A program made the translations under genes and the position numbers. DNA of 64,000 nucleotides from a virus (lineage: Duplodnaviria > Caudoviricetes): IMG/VR virus record IMGVR_UViG_3300044259_000026, positions 1 to 64,000 of that record; one strand, 5' to 3'. This document shows, piece by piece, positions 20,301-28,431 of the stretch. Within the stretch, counting starts at the first letter, position 1. Each line of letters begins with the position of its first letter. The notes under the pieces were generated by a model. The model did no database searches. It had not been told where the DNA came from and saw only the letters and a program-made list of their open reading frames with translations.

Positions 20301-23300
20301 CGAATCTGGTTGGTTCCCTGAACAATGCCCAGCAACAGATCGAAGCCCGTCACCGTGTGATGAGCAAGGTCTCGATCTCGGTTGACCAAATGGCTGCTGC
20401 CTCTACCCCTTACGTGCGTGAGGGTGAAATCTTCCTGTCGGGAACCAATGAGGAATCCTTGGCCGATCAGCTGAACACCCTGTACGTCAAAGAGCTGGCT
20501 GCTATCCAAACCGAGTCCCGTACCCAGACTGAGATTGGTGCTGAGATCGAAGCTCTGGCTACCAAGCACTCGACTGGCGTATCTCTGCTGAGCACTGCTG
20601 ATTTGGGTTCCTTGGCTCAAGCTGTTAAGTTGCCTGTTGACCAGACTCAAGTTCTGGAGTCGATCAACAAGTCTCTGGCTGCTGAGGGATACTCCATTGT
20701 TTACGGGACTGCTGAGCAGATTGCGACCTACGCCATGGAAACTGGCCGTACTGTTCCTGATGCTCCGGGTGGTGATGTACGTGGCTACACTACTGTGGGT
20801 GATAAGACCATCTACCTGATCTCGCCAACTGCTGAGACTCTGGTGCATGAGCTGATTCACGCTGCCACCTTCGAGCGGGTGAACGCGGTTTACTCCGATC
20901 CTTCCTTGGCTCGTAGCCAAGTAGGTGCAGCTGTTGTTCGTACCGAAGCTCTGATGGACCAGTTCCTGAACATCGAACTGAGCCAAGTGAATCCGACTGT
21001 GATGCAGGCGTACAACGATGCTACTGCAACCATCCGCAATCACTTGAACGCAGGCAACAAAGCTGCTGCTCTCAACGAGTTCATGGCTTGGGGTCTGTCC
21101 AACCAATCTCTGGTTGACCTCGGTAAACGCACCAAGGCCAGCAAGCTGTCTCAGATTGCTGCCGGTGTGGTGAACTTCATCAAGGACCTGTTGGGTGTGA
21201 AGAAGGCTGGATCTGACCTGTTCAGCAACCTGCTGTTCAACAGCCAGATCATCATGTCCACTCAGCTGACTACTGGCCAGAAGTCTTCGGCCTCTACCCT
21301 GTTCCAGAATGAGAACTACGGTACTGATGACCGCCTGTCTCGCATCTCTGATGCGTTCGACAAGACCATTGCCCGTCACCTGAACAATCCTCTGGAATTG
21401 GGACGTGTTGCTCCGAGCACTGCTGTGTCGGAAGCGATCATGTCTTCTTTCCGTATTGGTCAGATGGTTCAAGCCCACGGCTTCCAAATGAACATGCAGG
21501 AAGCTTCGACCTTCAACAACATCCTCACTGCTCTGGCTACTGAGGCGAAGATCGATCCTAACAGCATGTCTGCTGCCCAGCGTCTGTACTCCCACGTTGT
21601 GAAGAACCTGTCGGTTGAGGACTTCATGACCAACCCGGATGACGATGCTGAACGTTACTACGCCCAAGAGAAGTTCGGTTCCATTGTCGGCAACTTCGGC
21701 ACTGAGACTGACTCCTTTGGTCGCTCGTCCTTGCTGCCTACCTTCATTGCTCTGGCTACCGTGAACCAAGAGTTCCGGAGTGTGTTGGCTCGCATGGAGC
21801 TGCCTCGTGGTGCGAAGAACGAAGACGGTACGCTTGATGCTGTGCTGGAGAACTTCGGTAACCAGCTGATGGACAAGCTGTCGGATCGTATGGCTGGCAC
21901 TGCCAAAACTGCAAACGTGCAAGAAGCCATCGATGCCTTGAACGCCCACATTGCCTCGCAGATCAATGCCCGGGAAACCTTCATTGACCAAGTGGCTTCC
22001 AAGTCTGGTGGCGTAGTGGACCGGATGAACGACATCGTTACCGAGGGTGTCGAGCGTCTGTCCCAGAAACTGCTGGAGACTGATGCCAAGGTCCGTAAGT
22101 CCGGTGCCGGTAAGGTAACCCGGATGATCTCCGGATTCGGTGCAGGTCTGGGTGCCGTGGTGAACGAGGCTTCTGGCCAGATCGTTTCCCAAGGTGTGAT
22201 GAAGGCGGTCAACCGTCTGGACGGCTTCAAGCCACTGCATGATCTGATCAACGACCTGATTGGCCGTACTGAATCCAACGCCAACATCTATGACATGATC
22301 AAAGGTGTTCGCTCCATGGTTCAACAAACTCGCCAGCAGTTCCGCGAACATCTGCCGGAAACCATTGCCTCCAAGTTCAGCCGTGAGCTGACCAAGGAAG
22401 AGTGGGCCAGCCTGCACACTTCGATGGGCAAGACTGACTTGGCTGTACTCCGTAACGGCTTCAACCGTAAAGAGATCGAGGGGATGCTGACCAGCTCCAC
22501 CAAGCTGAATGCTCAGGTGAAGAAACTGGAAGATGAATTGAAGTCGGTAGACTCTGCCAACTTCAACACTCTGAAAGCCAAGGCGAACCAACTGGCCAAC
22601 TACATGCTGACCGGCAAGCCAGGCAACAACCTGCTGCGTAACGCCACTGCTGTAGCTCAGCTGTTTGGTGAGACGAAGTCCCGTAACTGGGCCGCCAAGG
22701 ATTCGAAGTTCATTGGTTCCTTGGATCAACTCATCACCCTGTATGCCTTGCAGCAAATGAAAAACGAAGACAAGGAAATCCTGTCTTCGCTGGTGAGTGA
22801 GGAATCTGCTGGCATCGACTTTGCTCTGTCTTACTTGGTAGGTCAGCGTGTAGATGAACAGCTTAAGGTGAACAACTCGGCTACCCGATACAACCACTTC
22901 AAGGGTTACATCCCTTCGAAGAACGTTGAAGGTGTCTCGATGTTGACTGCTCACCAATCGGACTTCCCGAAACTGGTAGCCCAGTCCTACGTGAAAGTGG
23001 ACGGCTACACCGGTTCCAACTTGGACCGTGGTGCTCGCAACATTGCCTACTTCTATGCTCCGGTAGCTGCTCGTGCAGGCTTTGAGCAGGGGATCATGCA
23101 GAACGTTCGCCAGACTGCTTCGGGCGTGGATGCCACTACCGGATACAGCTTGGCTCCTACTGCTGGTGTCATCACTGAAGAAGTGGCTGTGGCCAACATC
23201 GCCAAGGCTTTGAAGAACGAGCGTTCGCCTGATGAGAACCTGCTGCCGGTCTACGGTGCAGACGGTAAGGTCGTTGCCTTCGAGCGCAGTCTGAACCCGG

Positions 23301-24649
23301 AGATCATGGCTCGCGTTCAGGGCGAGCAGCATTTGGGCGAGATGATTGGTAACTGGCGTGGTCGTCAGGTGGAAGAGGCCATGAGCCAATCCGTCAATGA
23401 ACGCCTGATCGACAACCTGAAAGCTATGTACGACAAGGACTTGAAAGAGTCCAAGTCGAACCAAGCCCAGTATGTCAACGTGTTCGATACCAAGGATCCG
23501 GTAGTTCGGGATGCAGCTAAGCTGTTCAACCGAGAGACCCTGTCGTACTTGGAGTCTACCTTCGGTGAAGAGACTTTCTGGGTACGCAAGGACATGCTGA
23601 ACGATGCTCTGGGTTACCGCTCTGCAACCATTGGCGATGCTTGGACCGGCAACACTCGCTGGAGCCAGAAGACTCAGGACACTGTGAAGAATTTGGCCAT
23701 CTCTGCTTTTGGCAACAAGGCTTTCCAGTACCTGTCTAACGCTGAGCGAATTGTCCAGAACGTGGTTTCCGATGCTCGGGTACTGATCGTGGTCAAGTCT
23801 GTGGTGGTTCCGGTTACCAACCTGATCTCCAACGTGTATCAGTTGGCAGCTCGTGGTGTACCTCTGACCAGCATTGCTCGGACCATGCCGAAGAAACTGG
23901 CTGAGATCGATGCCTATACCAAGTCGCGTGTTCGTCAGGTAGAGGCCGAGGCTGAGCTGCGTGCTTCGACTGACAACCCGATTGCCACCCGTAAGCTGAC
24001 TGCCGAGATCCAATCGATCAAGGACAGCCACCGTCGCATGAGCATCTGGCCTCTGATCGAAGTTGGTGAATTCAGCTCGGTATCGGATGCTGGCGTGACT
24101 GCCCGTGAACTGTCGTTCACTGAGGGCCGACTGCACTCGTTCATCGAGCAACAGGTGGATAAGCTTCCGGGCGGTCTGCGTACCTTTGGTCGCTATGGTC
24201 TGATTACCCGTGACACTGCTCTGTTCCAAGGTCTGCAACGTGCTGTCGAGTACGGAGACTTCTTGGCCAAGGCCGTCTTGTTCGAGGATCTGACTGTTCG
24301 CCAGAAGCGTGACCAGAAGTACGCACTGACTCGGATCACTGAAGAGTTTGTGAACTATGACCGTCTCTCGGGCCGGTTCCGTGGAACCATGGAAAACCTT
24401 GGTCTCCTCTGGTTCTACAACTTCAAGATCCGTTCGGTGAAGGTGGCTGCTTCGATGATCCGCAACAACCCGGTCCATGCACTGTTGGCTACCTTGGCTC
24501 CGGCACCTACTCTGTTTGGTTCCGTGGGTCTACCTACCAGTGACAACATGATCTCCAAGTTGTTGGACGGTTCGTTGGACAACTCGATGGGTATTGGGAT
24601 GGGGCTGCGTGCTCCTGAACTCAACCCTTGGGGGGCCATGATTAACTAA
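14354..24649 (+). CDS. Virion-encapsidated RNA polymerase (N4 gp50-like vRNAP)
   Basis: 3431 aa; motif A YLEADGVTNGP, motif B RGIAKNPLTITIYGSG, motif C KIFDG; no Cys found on reading. Confidence 0.98.
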   Translation: MATIDELLGKAAYPDQMIPEASADAGLPNPNPYVQQKSQQILQAAPVKQAQVAAAADQKRMAMGGLPTDYQMAVGRVFGNGAEHGSQLEQDIRNLSPVDLYAEYGAQAQDMIRDRAEAGTQVLNDFKTPAASAPEFAYDIASSLGGGFVNSLAGLTNLAVGAVSPEAGASLAQGITEANQWLRSTQSDELNTARRVQDAANFLDERDNRVAQAEESSAGESDFITGLKRIGRDAMDSVANAALAPALLADGTANATGSLLAAGPLTKGLAALGRAVVPAAATTSRVGAAVADKAPVLAAIGGMEAGGAYQQVVSDIMGRSHETLLQESPEYRRLIAEGVSQEDAKVQVANKTGLISAGITAPLAAATGTLVSRFEGDALAARGVRESLGNLGRETVEEGIQGATSQVAQNFAESQVANENKNLTEGVGRQLGEGALFGLGAAGVTQSPQLAGLAGRTTLGAASAVGSAAVAATGDALARRADAIAERNAAASPISDSAVVQATAETQATAPQAQPIVQDAIDSLDGTPEQKAQIQDYADRLFTASQFDAGEVRASMAPVVEGAANRVEAIQRLTDVVANAEEDSPEQLRAGLEMFELLEPYSRLIEADPELLNQIPADHQASQIIQQYGSLMDSIGSSPKVIKAIQTIQQALASRQAQPVTEQSIATPEGQEEVRDALTVAAVAPEKADLAQNEQILYQVSQGKLQVTPEQKAALDTSVALLRAAKAASDEAVRLGASDRSAQVTREIAVETGSKGKSALDHAKGIMSAWKAGNSDLARSRLFQMGQFVQHMQNKVGALNAHFASGNPASEAVKYQALSPTGEFVESASGLKVHPANARSVKFAQDVSIEAKLLSDVYNGLVSAFPDLQGQHIQGTQLDSALSKPAAEVAADVAKPKAAAPTPVTTTETVRQEQVQETPAVEQPTVQEEQAPAVQEEPAQPELKGIRAVFPNLLGAENNRFVQSFDLPTDQRTRTLGDENPLGSIVAALKDSAALTQYIGKSLAHNYTKDIAAAYQTYLTSAESIKSALEEGLQEYLNKPYSRSDKRTHRELILENGEVTQTNGRLLKGVDLQATVRGKALAITQVDGEQIQYNPELLEPAVLAGMQWMLTADQFGSVLDAKDIASITGLPVESVSKSMIEDLNQGMSVIEAKRTLAQKIKSYWGVGNNPNGFIGNQEGIPEAIAAEILRVFRDSDLLEEKSFYVSQEGLLIEYVKGETKPPKSARTIDRLIPVQLPKESPLKEFPSAIEQAVMIEPEGINYIGGAMPPVARTQLRQPLVENTPQQLEAIKNEQETPYFVNPNMAGFYSALGIDNILKLFAAGSFDPDSMNVNHAKSLDGQNRGTVAAFNHLMGVLAETGNVGQKAGTALDQTPIRYAFNMTRVARLQMLGKYNPQANKLVREAILPNRSTLDLSSQNSQDWTRFALGAGQLLGIKVHKMTQDMAKAKLQAMFDGGLSRTVEALRDWTRDFDVSNVIQPAAMLPDDLVNNLIEDFKAAGADLTPMGLHAVMEYARYLNSEDRSKFETTLYLEADGVTNGPINAMVLFTTGKFTPRWIKNIAKGGLFFNRPGATVNSNNVEVDNRDLYQATTDQLQVNLDMLRQRMAGNPQANEQLNHLFTLMDEFLGGDLTLDEEGNLTLQRGIAKNPLTITIYGSGAGGIAGKMVKAITDAVYERMSDIAINGGRLPTKAAAALNQLLSTEASVDSEGNVRFKPTQSDREDKYDPKTFTFTKGELKNMQSNMLHMFVNPMREAIEETVGQPLTGTAEMLRQATQVQSIVMEHAFKQQVEAELEKKRQDPNWREGDFLTQKEMASIYKKLEHLAPYVKTGTQTFFIAGSQSVDVGSTNFGHALNDQFRTPAFVHGPADAGVAGIPFMNIGAGDGQMMQNISVADGAPTGTLKIFDGMNMRLDQIESGSLVANKAVYDSWMGNPLKAVFESYDQFLRNADLSKFPKATQEQLSRALFGLDTSDASLDDIRTAMSNLVGSLNNAQQQIEARHRVMSKVSISVDQMAAASTPYVREGEIFLSGTNEESLADQLNTLYVKELAAIQTESRTQTEIGAEIEALATKHSTGVSLLSTADLGSLAQAVKLPVDQTQVLESINKSLAAEGYSIVYGTAEQIATYAMETGRTVPDAPGGDVRGYTTVGDKTIYLISPTAETLVHELIHAATFERVNAVYSDPSLARSQVGAAVVRTEALMDQFLNIELSQVNPTVMQAYNDATATIRNHLNAGNKAAALNEFMAWGLSNQSLVDLGKRTKASKLSQIAAGVVNFIKDLLGVKKAGSDLFSNLLFNSQIIMSTQLTTGQKSSASTLFQNENYGTDDRLSRISDAFDKTIARHLNNPLELGRVAPSTAVSEAIMSSFRIGQMVQAHGFQMNMQEASTFNNILTALATEAKIDPNSMSAAQRLYSHVVKNLSVEDFMTNPDDDAERYYAQEKFGSIVGNFGTETDSFGRSSLLPTFIALATVNQEFRSVLARMELPRGAKNEDGTLDAVLENFGNQLMDKLSDRMAGTAKTANVQEAIDALNAHIASQINARETFIDQVASKSGGVVDRMNDIVTEGVERLSQKLLETDAKVRKSGAGKVTRMISGFGAGLGAVVNEASGQIVSQGVMKAVNRLDGFKPLHDLINDLIGRTESNANIYDMIKGVRSMVQQTRQQFREHLPETIASKFSRELTKEEWASLHTSMGKTDLAVLRNGFNRKEIEGMLTSSTKLNAQVKKLEDELKSVDSANFNTLKAKANQLANYMLTGKPGNNLLRNATAVAQLFGETKSRNWAAKDSKFIGSLDQLITLYALQQMKNEDKEILSSLVSEESAGIDFALSYLVGQRVDEQLKVNNSATRYNHFKGYIPSKNVEGVSMLTAHQSDFPKLVAQSYVKVDGYTGSNLDRGARNIAYFYAPVAARAGFEQGIMQNVRQTASGVDATTGYSLAPTAGVITEEVAVANIAKALKNERSPDENLLPVYGADGKVVAFERSLNPEIMARVQGEQHLGEMIGNWRGRQVEEAMSQSVNERLIDNLKAMYDKDLKESKSNQAQYVNVFDTKDPVVRDAAKLFNRETLSYLESTFGEETFWVRKDMLNDALGYRSATIGDAWTGNTRWSQKTQDTVKNLAISAFGNKAFQYLSNAERIVQNVVSDARVLIVVKSVVVPVTNLISNVYQLAARGVPLTSIARTMPKKLAEIDAYTKSRVRQVEAEAELRASTDNPIATRKLTAEIQSIKDSHRRMSIWPLIEVGEFSSVSDAGVTARELSFTEGRLHSFIEQQVDKLPGGLRTFGRYGLITRDTALFQGLQRAVEYGDFLAKAVLFEDLTVRQKRDQKYALTRITEEFVNYDRLSGRFRGTMENLGLLWFYNFKIRSVKVAASMIRNNPVHALLATLAPAPTLFGSVGLPTSDNMISKLLDGSLDNSMGIGMGLRAPELNPWGAMIN

Positions 24650-24651
24650 GC

Positions 24652-24680
24652 TTGACAGGAAGAGTGGTCATAGATAATCT
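24652..24680 (+). promoter_or_regulatory. Host sigma70-like promoter for the tRNA operon
   Basis: TTGACA (24652-57), 17-nt spacer, TAATCT (24675-80). Confidence 0.65.
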
Positions 24681-24729
24681 GTGACCTCTTTAGATCTGTA
24701 GGATCTGCCCAGCTTGGCGGCTGGGACTT

Positions 24730-24806
24730 AGAGGAATCGCCAAGTTGGTTAAGGCACTGGATTTTGATTCCAGCATTCGAAGGTTCGAATCCTTCTTCCT
24801 CTTCCA
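24730..24806 (+). tRNA. tRNA-Gln(UUG)
   Basis: Acceptor AGAGGAA/TTCCTCT, anticodon arm CTGGA-TTTTGAT-TCCAG, T arm GAAGG-TTCGAAT-CCTTC, encoded CCA. Confidence 0.92.
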
Positions 24807-24812
24807 CTTTCT

Positions 24813-24887
24813 TGGTGAGTAGCAAAGCGGTAATGCACCGGACTGTTAATCCGGGGATCACAGGTTCGAATCCTGTCTCACCAGCCA
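24813..24887 (+). tRNA. tRNA-Asn(GUU)
   Basis: Acceptor TGGTGAG/CTCACCA, anticodon arm CCGGA-CTGTTAA-TCCGG, G73, CCA. Confidence 0.95.
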
Positions 24888-24891
24888 CTTT

Positions 24892-24968
24892 CAGGAATTA
24901 GCTCAGTTCGGTAGAGCGCGTCGTTTGGGACGATGAGGTCGTGGGTTCGATGCCTACATTCCTGACCA
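24892..24968 (+). tRNA. tRNA-Pro(UGG)
   Basis: Acceptor CAGGAAT/ATTCCTG, anticodon arm CGTCG-TTTGGGA-CGATG, A73, CCA. Confidence 0.95.
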
Positions 24969-24970
24969 AA

Positions 24971-24999
24971 AATAAAACCCCTCTAATGAGGGGTTTTTT
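24971..24999. terminator. Bidirectional terminator where late and early/middle transcription converge
   Basis: AAAACCCCTC-TAAT-GAGGGGTTTTTT, A run on one side and T run on the other. Confidence 0.9.
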
Positions 25000-25391
25000 C
25001 ATTCCTGTTCTTCAAGGACCTTGACGGTTCTCTCAACCAGATAGCCGTACTTGATGAACAGCTTCTCGAACTCGGGTGGACGGCTGAAGCCTTTGTCCTT
25101 GTACGTCTGGTACATGTCCCAAGCTTTATCCACGATGCATTTCACAGTCGGACTGGAGAGCCAGTTGAGTACGCTGTATCGACCACAGAATACGTATTCG
25201 AGATCGTGAGTGTCCCGGGCAATGTAGAGGTTCTCTTTACAGAAACCCGTCAGGGACATCGAGAACCTGTTGCCGAACAGCTTTGCGGCACCTGCGGGGT
25301 AGTTGTTGGTCAGCTCAATGGTTCCGGTGTAACCCTCATTGACCAGTTGCTCGCACAGCTCTATAACCCCGGCAGTGACTTTAAGACTCAT
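24999..25391 (-). CDS. Hypothetical protein
   Basis: 130-aa ORF with GGAG RBS, ending at the terminator. Confidence 0.7.
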   Translation of the reverse strand: MSLKVTAGVIELCEQLVNEGYTGTIELTNNYPAGAAKLFGNRFSMSLTGFCKENLYIARDTHDLEYVFCGRYSVLNWLSSPTVKCIVDKAWDMYQTYKDKGFSRPPEFEKLFIKYGYLVERTVKVLEEQE

Positions 25392-25421
25392 TGAGTTGCT
25401 CCTAGATTAATGATCCCCAAT

Positions 25422-25448
25422 AAAAAAGCCCCCCTAGTGGAGGGCTTT
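25422..25448 (-). terminator. Terminator
   Basis: AAAAAAGCCC...GGGCTTT inverted repeat. Confidence 0.7.
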
Positions 25449-25452
25449 CTGT

Positions 25453-25686
25453 TTAGTGTGGGAGGCTTAGGATTTGAGTGAAAGGCAACCAGCCTCCGGA
25501 GTCAGTTTGAACTGCCCAAGTCTGGATTTCCTTCCCACCGTGGTAACTGATCTCAGGTTGCTCGGTAAGTTTGAACTGCCCGATCTGGCAGGAGACAAAG
25601 TCCCCTACTTGGATCCGTTCCCCGCCTGCCTTAATGAAGACACTCTTCCCGTTGGAAATGTGTTCCTCGAAGTCATCATGGATCAT
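25453..25686 (-). CDS. Hypothetical protein
   Basis: Start MIHDDF with GGAG RBS. Confidence 0.6.
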   Translation of the reverse strand: MIHDDFEEHISNGKSVFIKAGGERIQVGDFVSCQIGQFKLTEQPEISYHGGKEIQTWAVQTDSGGWLPFTQILSLPH

Positions 25687-25846
25687 CGTTCCGCTCCTTC
25701 CCCACATCAAACAGCCACATGGCTCCCAACACCAATGCAACCACGACCGATACTGCTATCGCTGGGGCTGCCGCAATGATGGCACTGGTGATTGCCGATA
25801 CCAATGCCAACAGTCCGAACCCCAGTAACAGGATTCGGACAAGCAT
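25676..25846 (-). CDS. Small membrane protein (56 aa), not in the ORF track
   Basis: MLVRILLLGFGLLALVSAITSAIIAAAPAIAVSVVVALVLGAMWLFDVGKERNDDP; ATG overlaps upstream TGA. Confidence 0.7.
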   Translation of the reverse strand: MLVRILLLGFGLLALVSAITSAIIAAAPAIAVSVVVALVLGAMWLFDVGKERNDDP

Positions 25847-26292
25847 CAGTTGTTGTTACGCTTCAGGCCGCTGAACAGGGAACCCTTCTTCGGAGCTTCC
25901 GGAGCCGGTTCGGCTTCAGCATCTTGGGTTTCTGGTTCGTCCGTGACAGGCACGTTTTCGGCTTCGTCTTCCGGCTCTGGGTCCGAGCTTACAGCCACGG
26001 AAGGTTCAGGGTCGGAGCTTTTCTCGACCTCCTGTGGAGGCTCGTCCTTGACGACTTCGGCCTTGGTCGCAGTGACCACACGCTTGGTCACCGGAGCAGG
26101 GACTTCTTTAGGAGCTTCGATGGTTTTGGCCTTGGTAGCCGGGAGGATGTCGATGATGGCGGTGGAACCATCAGCACCACGGGTAGCCTTCAGCTCGACG
26201 GTGATTTCGGTATCGCCGTTGATGGTCAGCAGGCTGTTGACGTAGTTCTTCAGGGCCAGCTCGATATCGTTTTGGGTCAGGATCAATTGCAT
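25846..26292 (-). CDS. N4 gp47-like protein
   Basis: MQLILTQNDIELALKNYV start, E/P-rich middle, C-terminal KKGSLFSGL. Confidence 0.75.
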   Translation of the reverse strand: MQLILTQNDIELALKNYVNSLLTINGDTEITVELKATRGADGSTAIIDILPATKAKTIEAPKEVPAPVTKRVVTATKAEVVKDEPPQEVEKSSDPEPSVAVSSDPEPEDEAENVPVTDEPETQDAEAEPAPEAPKKGSLFSGLKRNNN

Positions 26293-26293
26293 G

Positions 26294-26851
26294 TTATTGC
26301 ACCTTTTTGAAAAGGGTAATGAGTTGCTGGAACTCGGGTGTGAGTACCCCAGCATGGATTGCACCGATGGCATCAGCCCGGTGCTCGTTGTTGTCGGTGG
26401 GCTTGCCTCGGTGCCACGTCCACCCAGCATCTGGGTAGAGGTCCATGGCAGCTTCGATCATCTTGGCCTTGCTTGCGTTGGCATCGCCGGTCAGTGCCTT
26501 CTTGACAGCCTTGGCCTGCACCTCGATGACAATGATCCCACTGGCTCGCATTGCTCCGACAATGCCGTGGGCTACACCCACAGACTTCATCGCATTAGCA
26601 GACTGCGAACCAACGGGACACTCTGAGAAGGTGACCTTTACCCGACCAGCCACATCGAAGGCATGTCGGGCAAGGTCCTCAGTTCTCCTCAGGTCATCCG
26701 AGTTGACACGGACTTGTTTGTCCTTGCCCTTCTCGGTTCTCTGAAGATCAGTCGTCACGTCAGTGAGGAATCCGGTATCAAGGCACAGTTGGCCTACGGC
26801 AGTGCCCCAGTTAGTGAAACTGGGGTCCATGCCCGCTACCGGGATGATCAA
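26294..26851 (-). CDS. RuvC-like Holliday junction resolvase (N4 gp46-like)
   Basis: GMDPSFTNWG, ECP, HRADAIGAI acidic catalytic pattern. Confidence 0.85.
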   Translation of the reverse strand: MIIPVAGMDPSFTNWGTAVGQLCLDTGFLTDVTTDLQRTEKGKDKQVRVNSDDLRRTEDLARHAFDVAGRVKVTFSECPVGSQSANAMKSVGVAHGIVGAMRASGIIVIEVQAKAVKKALTGDANASKAKMIEAAMDLYPDAGWTWHRGKPTDNNEHRADAIGAIHAGVLTPEFQQLITLFKKVQ

Positions 26852-27610
26852 TTACTTCTTGCCGAACAACGACTTCTTCGGAGCGGAGTCCGCTGCCGGG
26901 GCACTGCCCGACTTCTGAGGGATGCCGCCCTTGGCCGGGGCCTGACCGTCCTTGATTTCACGCTCGTCACGGACGGTGCCCTTGTTCTTGTCCTGCCACT
27001 TCTGGAAGAATTCGGCTTCTTCCTTACCAGCACGAGCTTCCGGCACGGACAGCTTGACCTCGGCGTGGAACACCTTGTCGATGTAGTTCGACTCACGGGT
27101 GTCCGAAGTGGCCTCGTATTCGCCGGTGGCCTCGTTCTTGACGTTCTTGTTTTCGATCTTTTTCATGATGCCTGCGAGGATCTCCTGACCCTGCACCTCG
27201 ACGGCACACATGACCTTCTTCGGCAGCTCTTTCTTGGCGTCGAAGTCGTAGACGTTGACCACCTTCTCCTCGAACACCGTCTCGCTGAGCGGCTTCTCGG
27301 TGGTCAGCATGCAGATGTCGTCGATGGTGACGTAGCCCGGCAGTGGAACCTTCTTGGTCTTGTCCTGCTTGTTCAGGAAGAAGTTTTCACCCTTCTGGTT
27401 GGTGATGTAGATGGTTTCGCGGTACTCCTTACCGGTCTCCTTGATATCACCGATGATGGTGATGCTGTGAGCACCCTTCTGGGATTGGCCAGCGAAGAAC
27501 GCTTTGACCTTGATGGTGTACAGGTCGGAGTCGATGGCACCACCACCGCCACCCAGGCGGTCTTGAGTTTCTTCGAGGCCATCGGATTTCAGGTTTGCGA
27601 ACAGGCTCAT
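26852..27610 (-). CDS. Single-stranded DNA-binding protein (N4 gp45-like SSB, late activator)
   Basis: EETQDRLGGGG, YRETIYITN, PLPGY, C-terminal KKSLFGKK. Confidence 0.9.
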   Translation of the reverse strand: MSLFANLKSDGLEETQDRLGGGGGAIDSDLYTIKVKAFFAGQSQKGAHSITIIGDIKETGKEYRETIYITNQKGENFFLNKQDKTKKVPLPGYVTIDDICMLTTEKPLSETVFEEKVVNVYDFDAKKELPKKVMCAVEVQGQEILAGIMKKIENKNVKNEATGEYEATSDTRESNYIDKVFHAEVKLSVPEARAGKEEAEFFQKWQDKNKGTVRDEREIKDGQAPAKGGIPQKSGSAPAADSAPKKSLFGKK

Positions 27611-27664
27611 ATGTCTTTTCTCTCTTTGCTAAGTCTTTGAATTGCTTTGGGTTCTTTGAAGTTT

Positions 27665-28423
27665 TTAGCCTTCGTAGAACTCGTTCAGGTGATCGAGCAG
27701 CTTCTGGGCGTCGTTGTCCATGTAGGTCTCGGCCCGCTCGAACATGCCCATGGGGGAACGAATTCGTTCGCCAGTGGTGCCTTTGGTGATCCGGGTCTGG
27801 AATACGTGCTTGTAGCCAAGCTCGCGTTCCTCGTCGGTGATCTCCAGCAGGCTGCTGCCATACTTCTCCAGCTCCTTGATAGGAACCTTCTTTGCTGCCA
27901 CCACGGTCGTGAAGTATGCCTCCACGCCGTTGTTCTTGAGAGCACCTTTGATCGGGACACAGGTCTTGATCTCTTGGTTCTTCTCGTCCAGCTCATCCTT
28001 GACGTGAGCAATGATGATGACCGGTTTGCCGAATTGGGCGACCTTTTCCTGCATGACTTGCTTGAAGAACTGTTGGTAGTTCTGCCAGCCTGCCATGGTG
28101 TTAGCCGAACCCAGAACATACTGGGATTCGAACATGTCCATAAGGAAGGTCATCGAGTCGATGATGATCCCGTCAACATCGTCCTTGTTGGCGATGCACT
28201 CGTCGAAGTACTGGATGACTTCGTAGGGATCGGTCACGGTGACCCGGTTGAACTTGTTGCGGAACGGCAGTCGCTTGCCTGCTTCGGTGCCCAAGTAAAC
28301 CCAGCGTTCTTGGTTCCGGATGTTGCGCAGTGATGCGGATTTGCCCTGAGTGGAGTAGCCCACAATCAGCACAAGCTGATCGAGGCTACCTTCCAGATCA
28401 GAGACGTCGATGTCGTCAGACAT
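27665..28423 (-). CDS. AAA/Sak4-like ATPase (N4 gp44-like)
   Basis: Walker A GYSTQGKS, Walker B IIIDS, RIRSPMGMF. Confidence 0.88.
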   Translation of the reverse strand: MSDDIDVSDLEGSLDQLVLIVGYSTQGKSASLRNIRNQERWVYLGTEAGKRLPFRNKFNRVTVTDPYEVIQYFDECIANKDDVDGIIIDSMTFLMDMFESQYVLGSANTMAGWQNYQQFFKQVMQEKVAQFGKPVIIIAHVKDELDEKNQEIKTCVPIKGALKNNGVEAYFTTVVAAKKVPIKELEKYGSSLLEITDEERELGYKHVFQTRITKGTTGERIRSPMGMFERAETYMDNDAQKLLDHLNEFYEG

Positions 28424-28431
28424 GATTTCTC

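Noticed and set aside
16514-24478. 2654-aa antisense ORF opposite the vRNAP gene (also 14336-16459)
   Set aside because: Shadow ORF caused by codon bias on the coding strand; no recognisable motifs, no RBS, and it fully overlaps a well-supported gene
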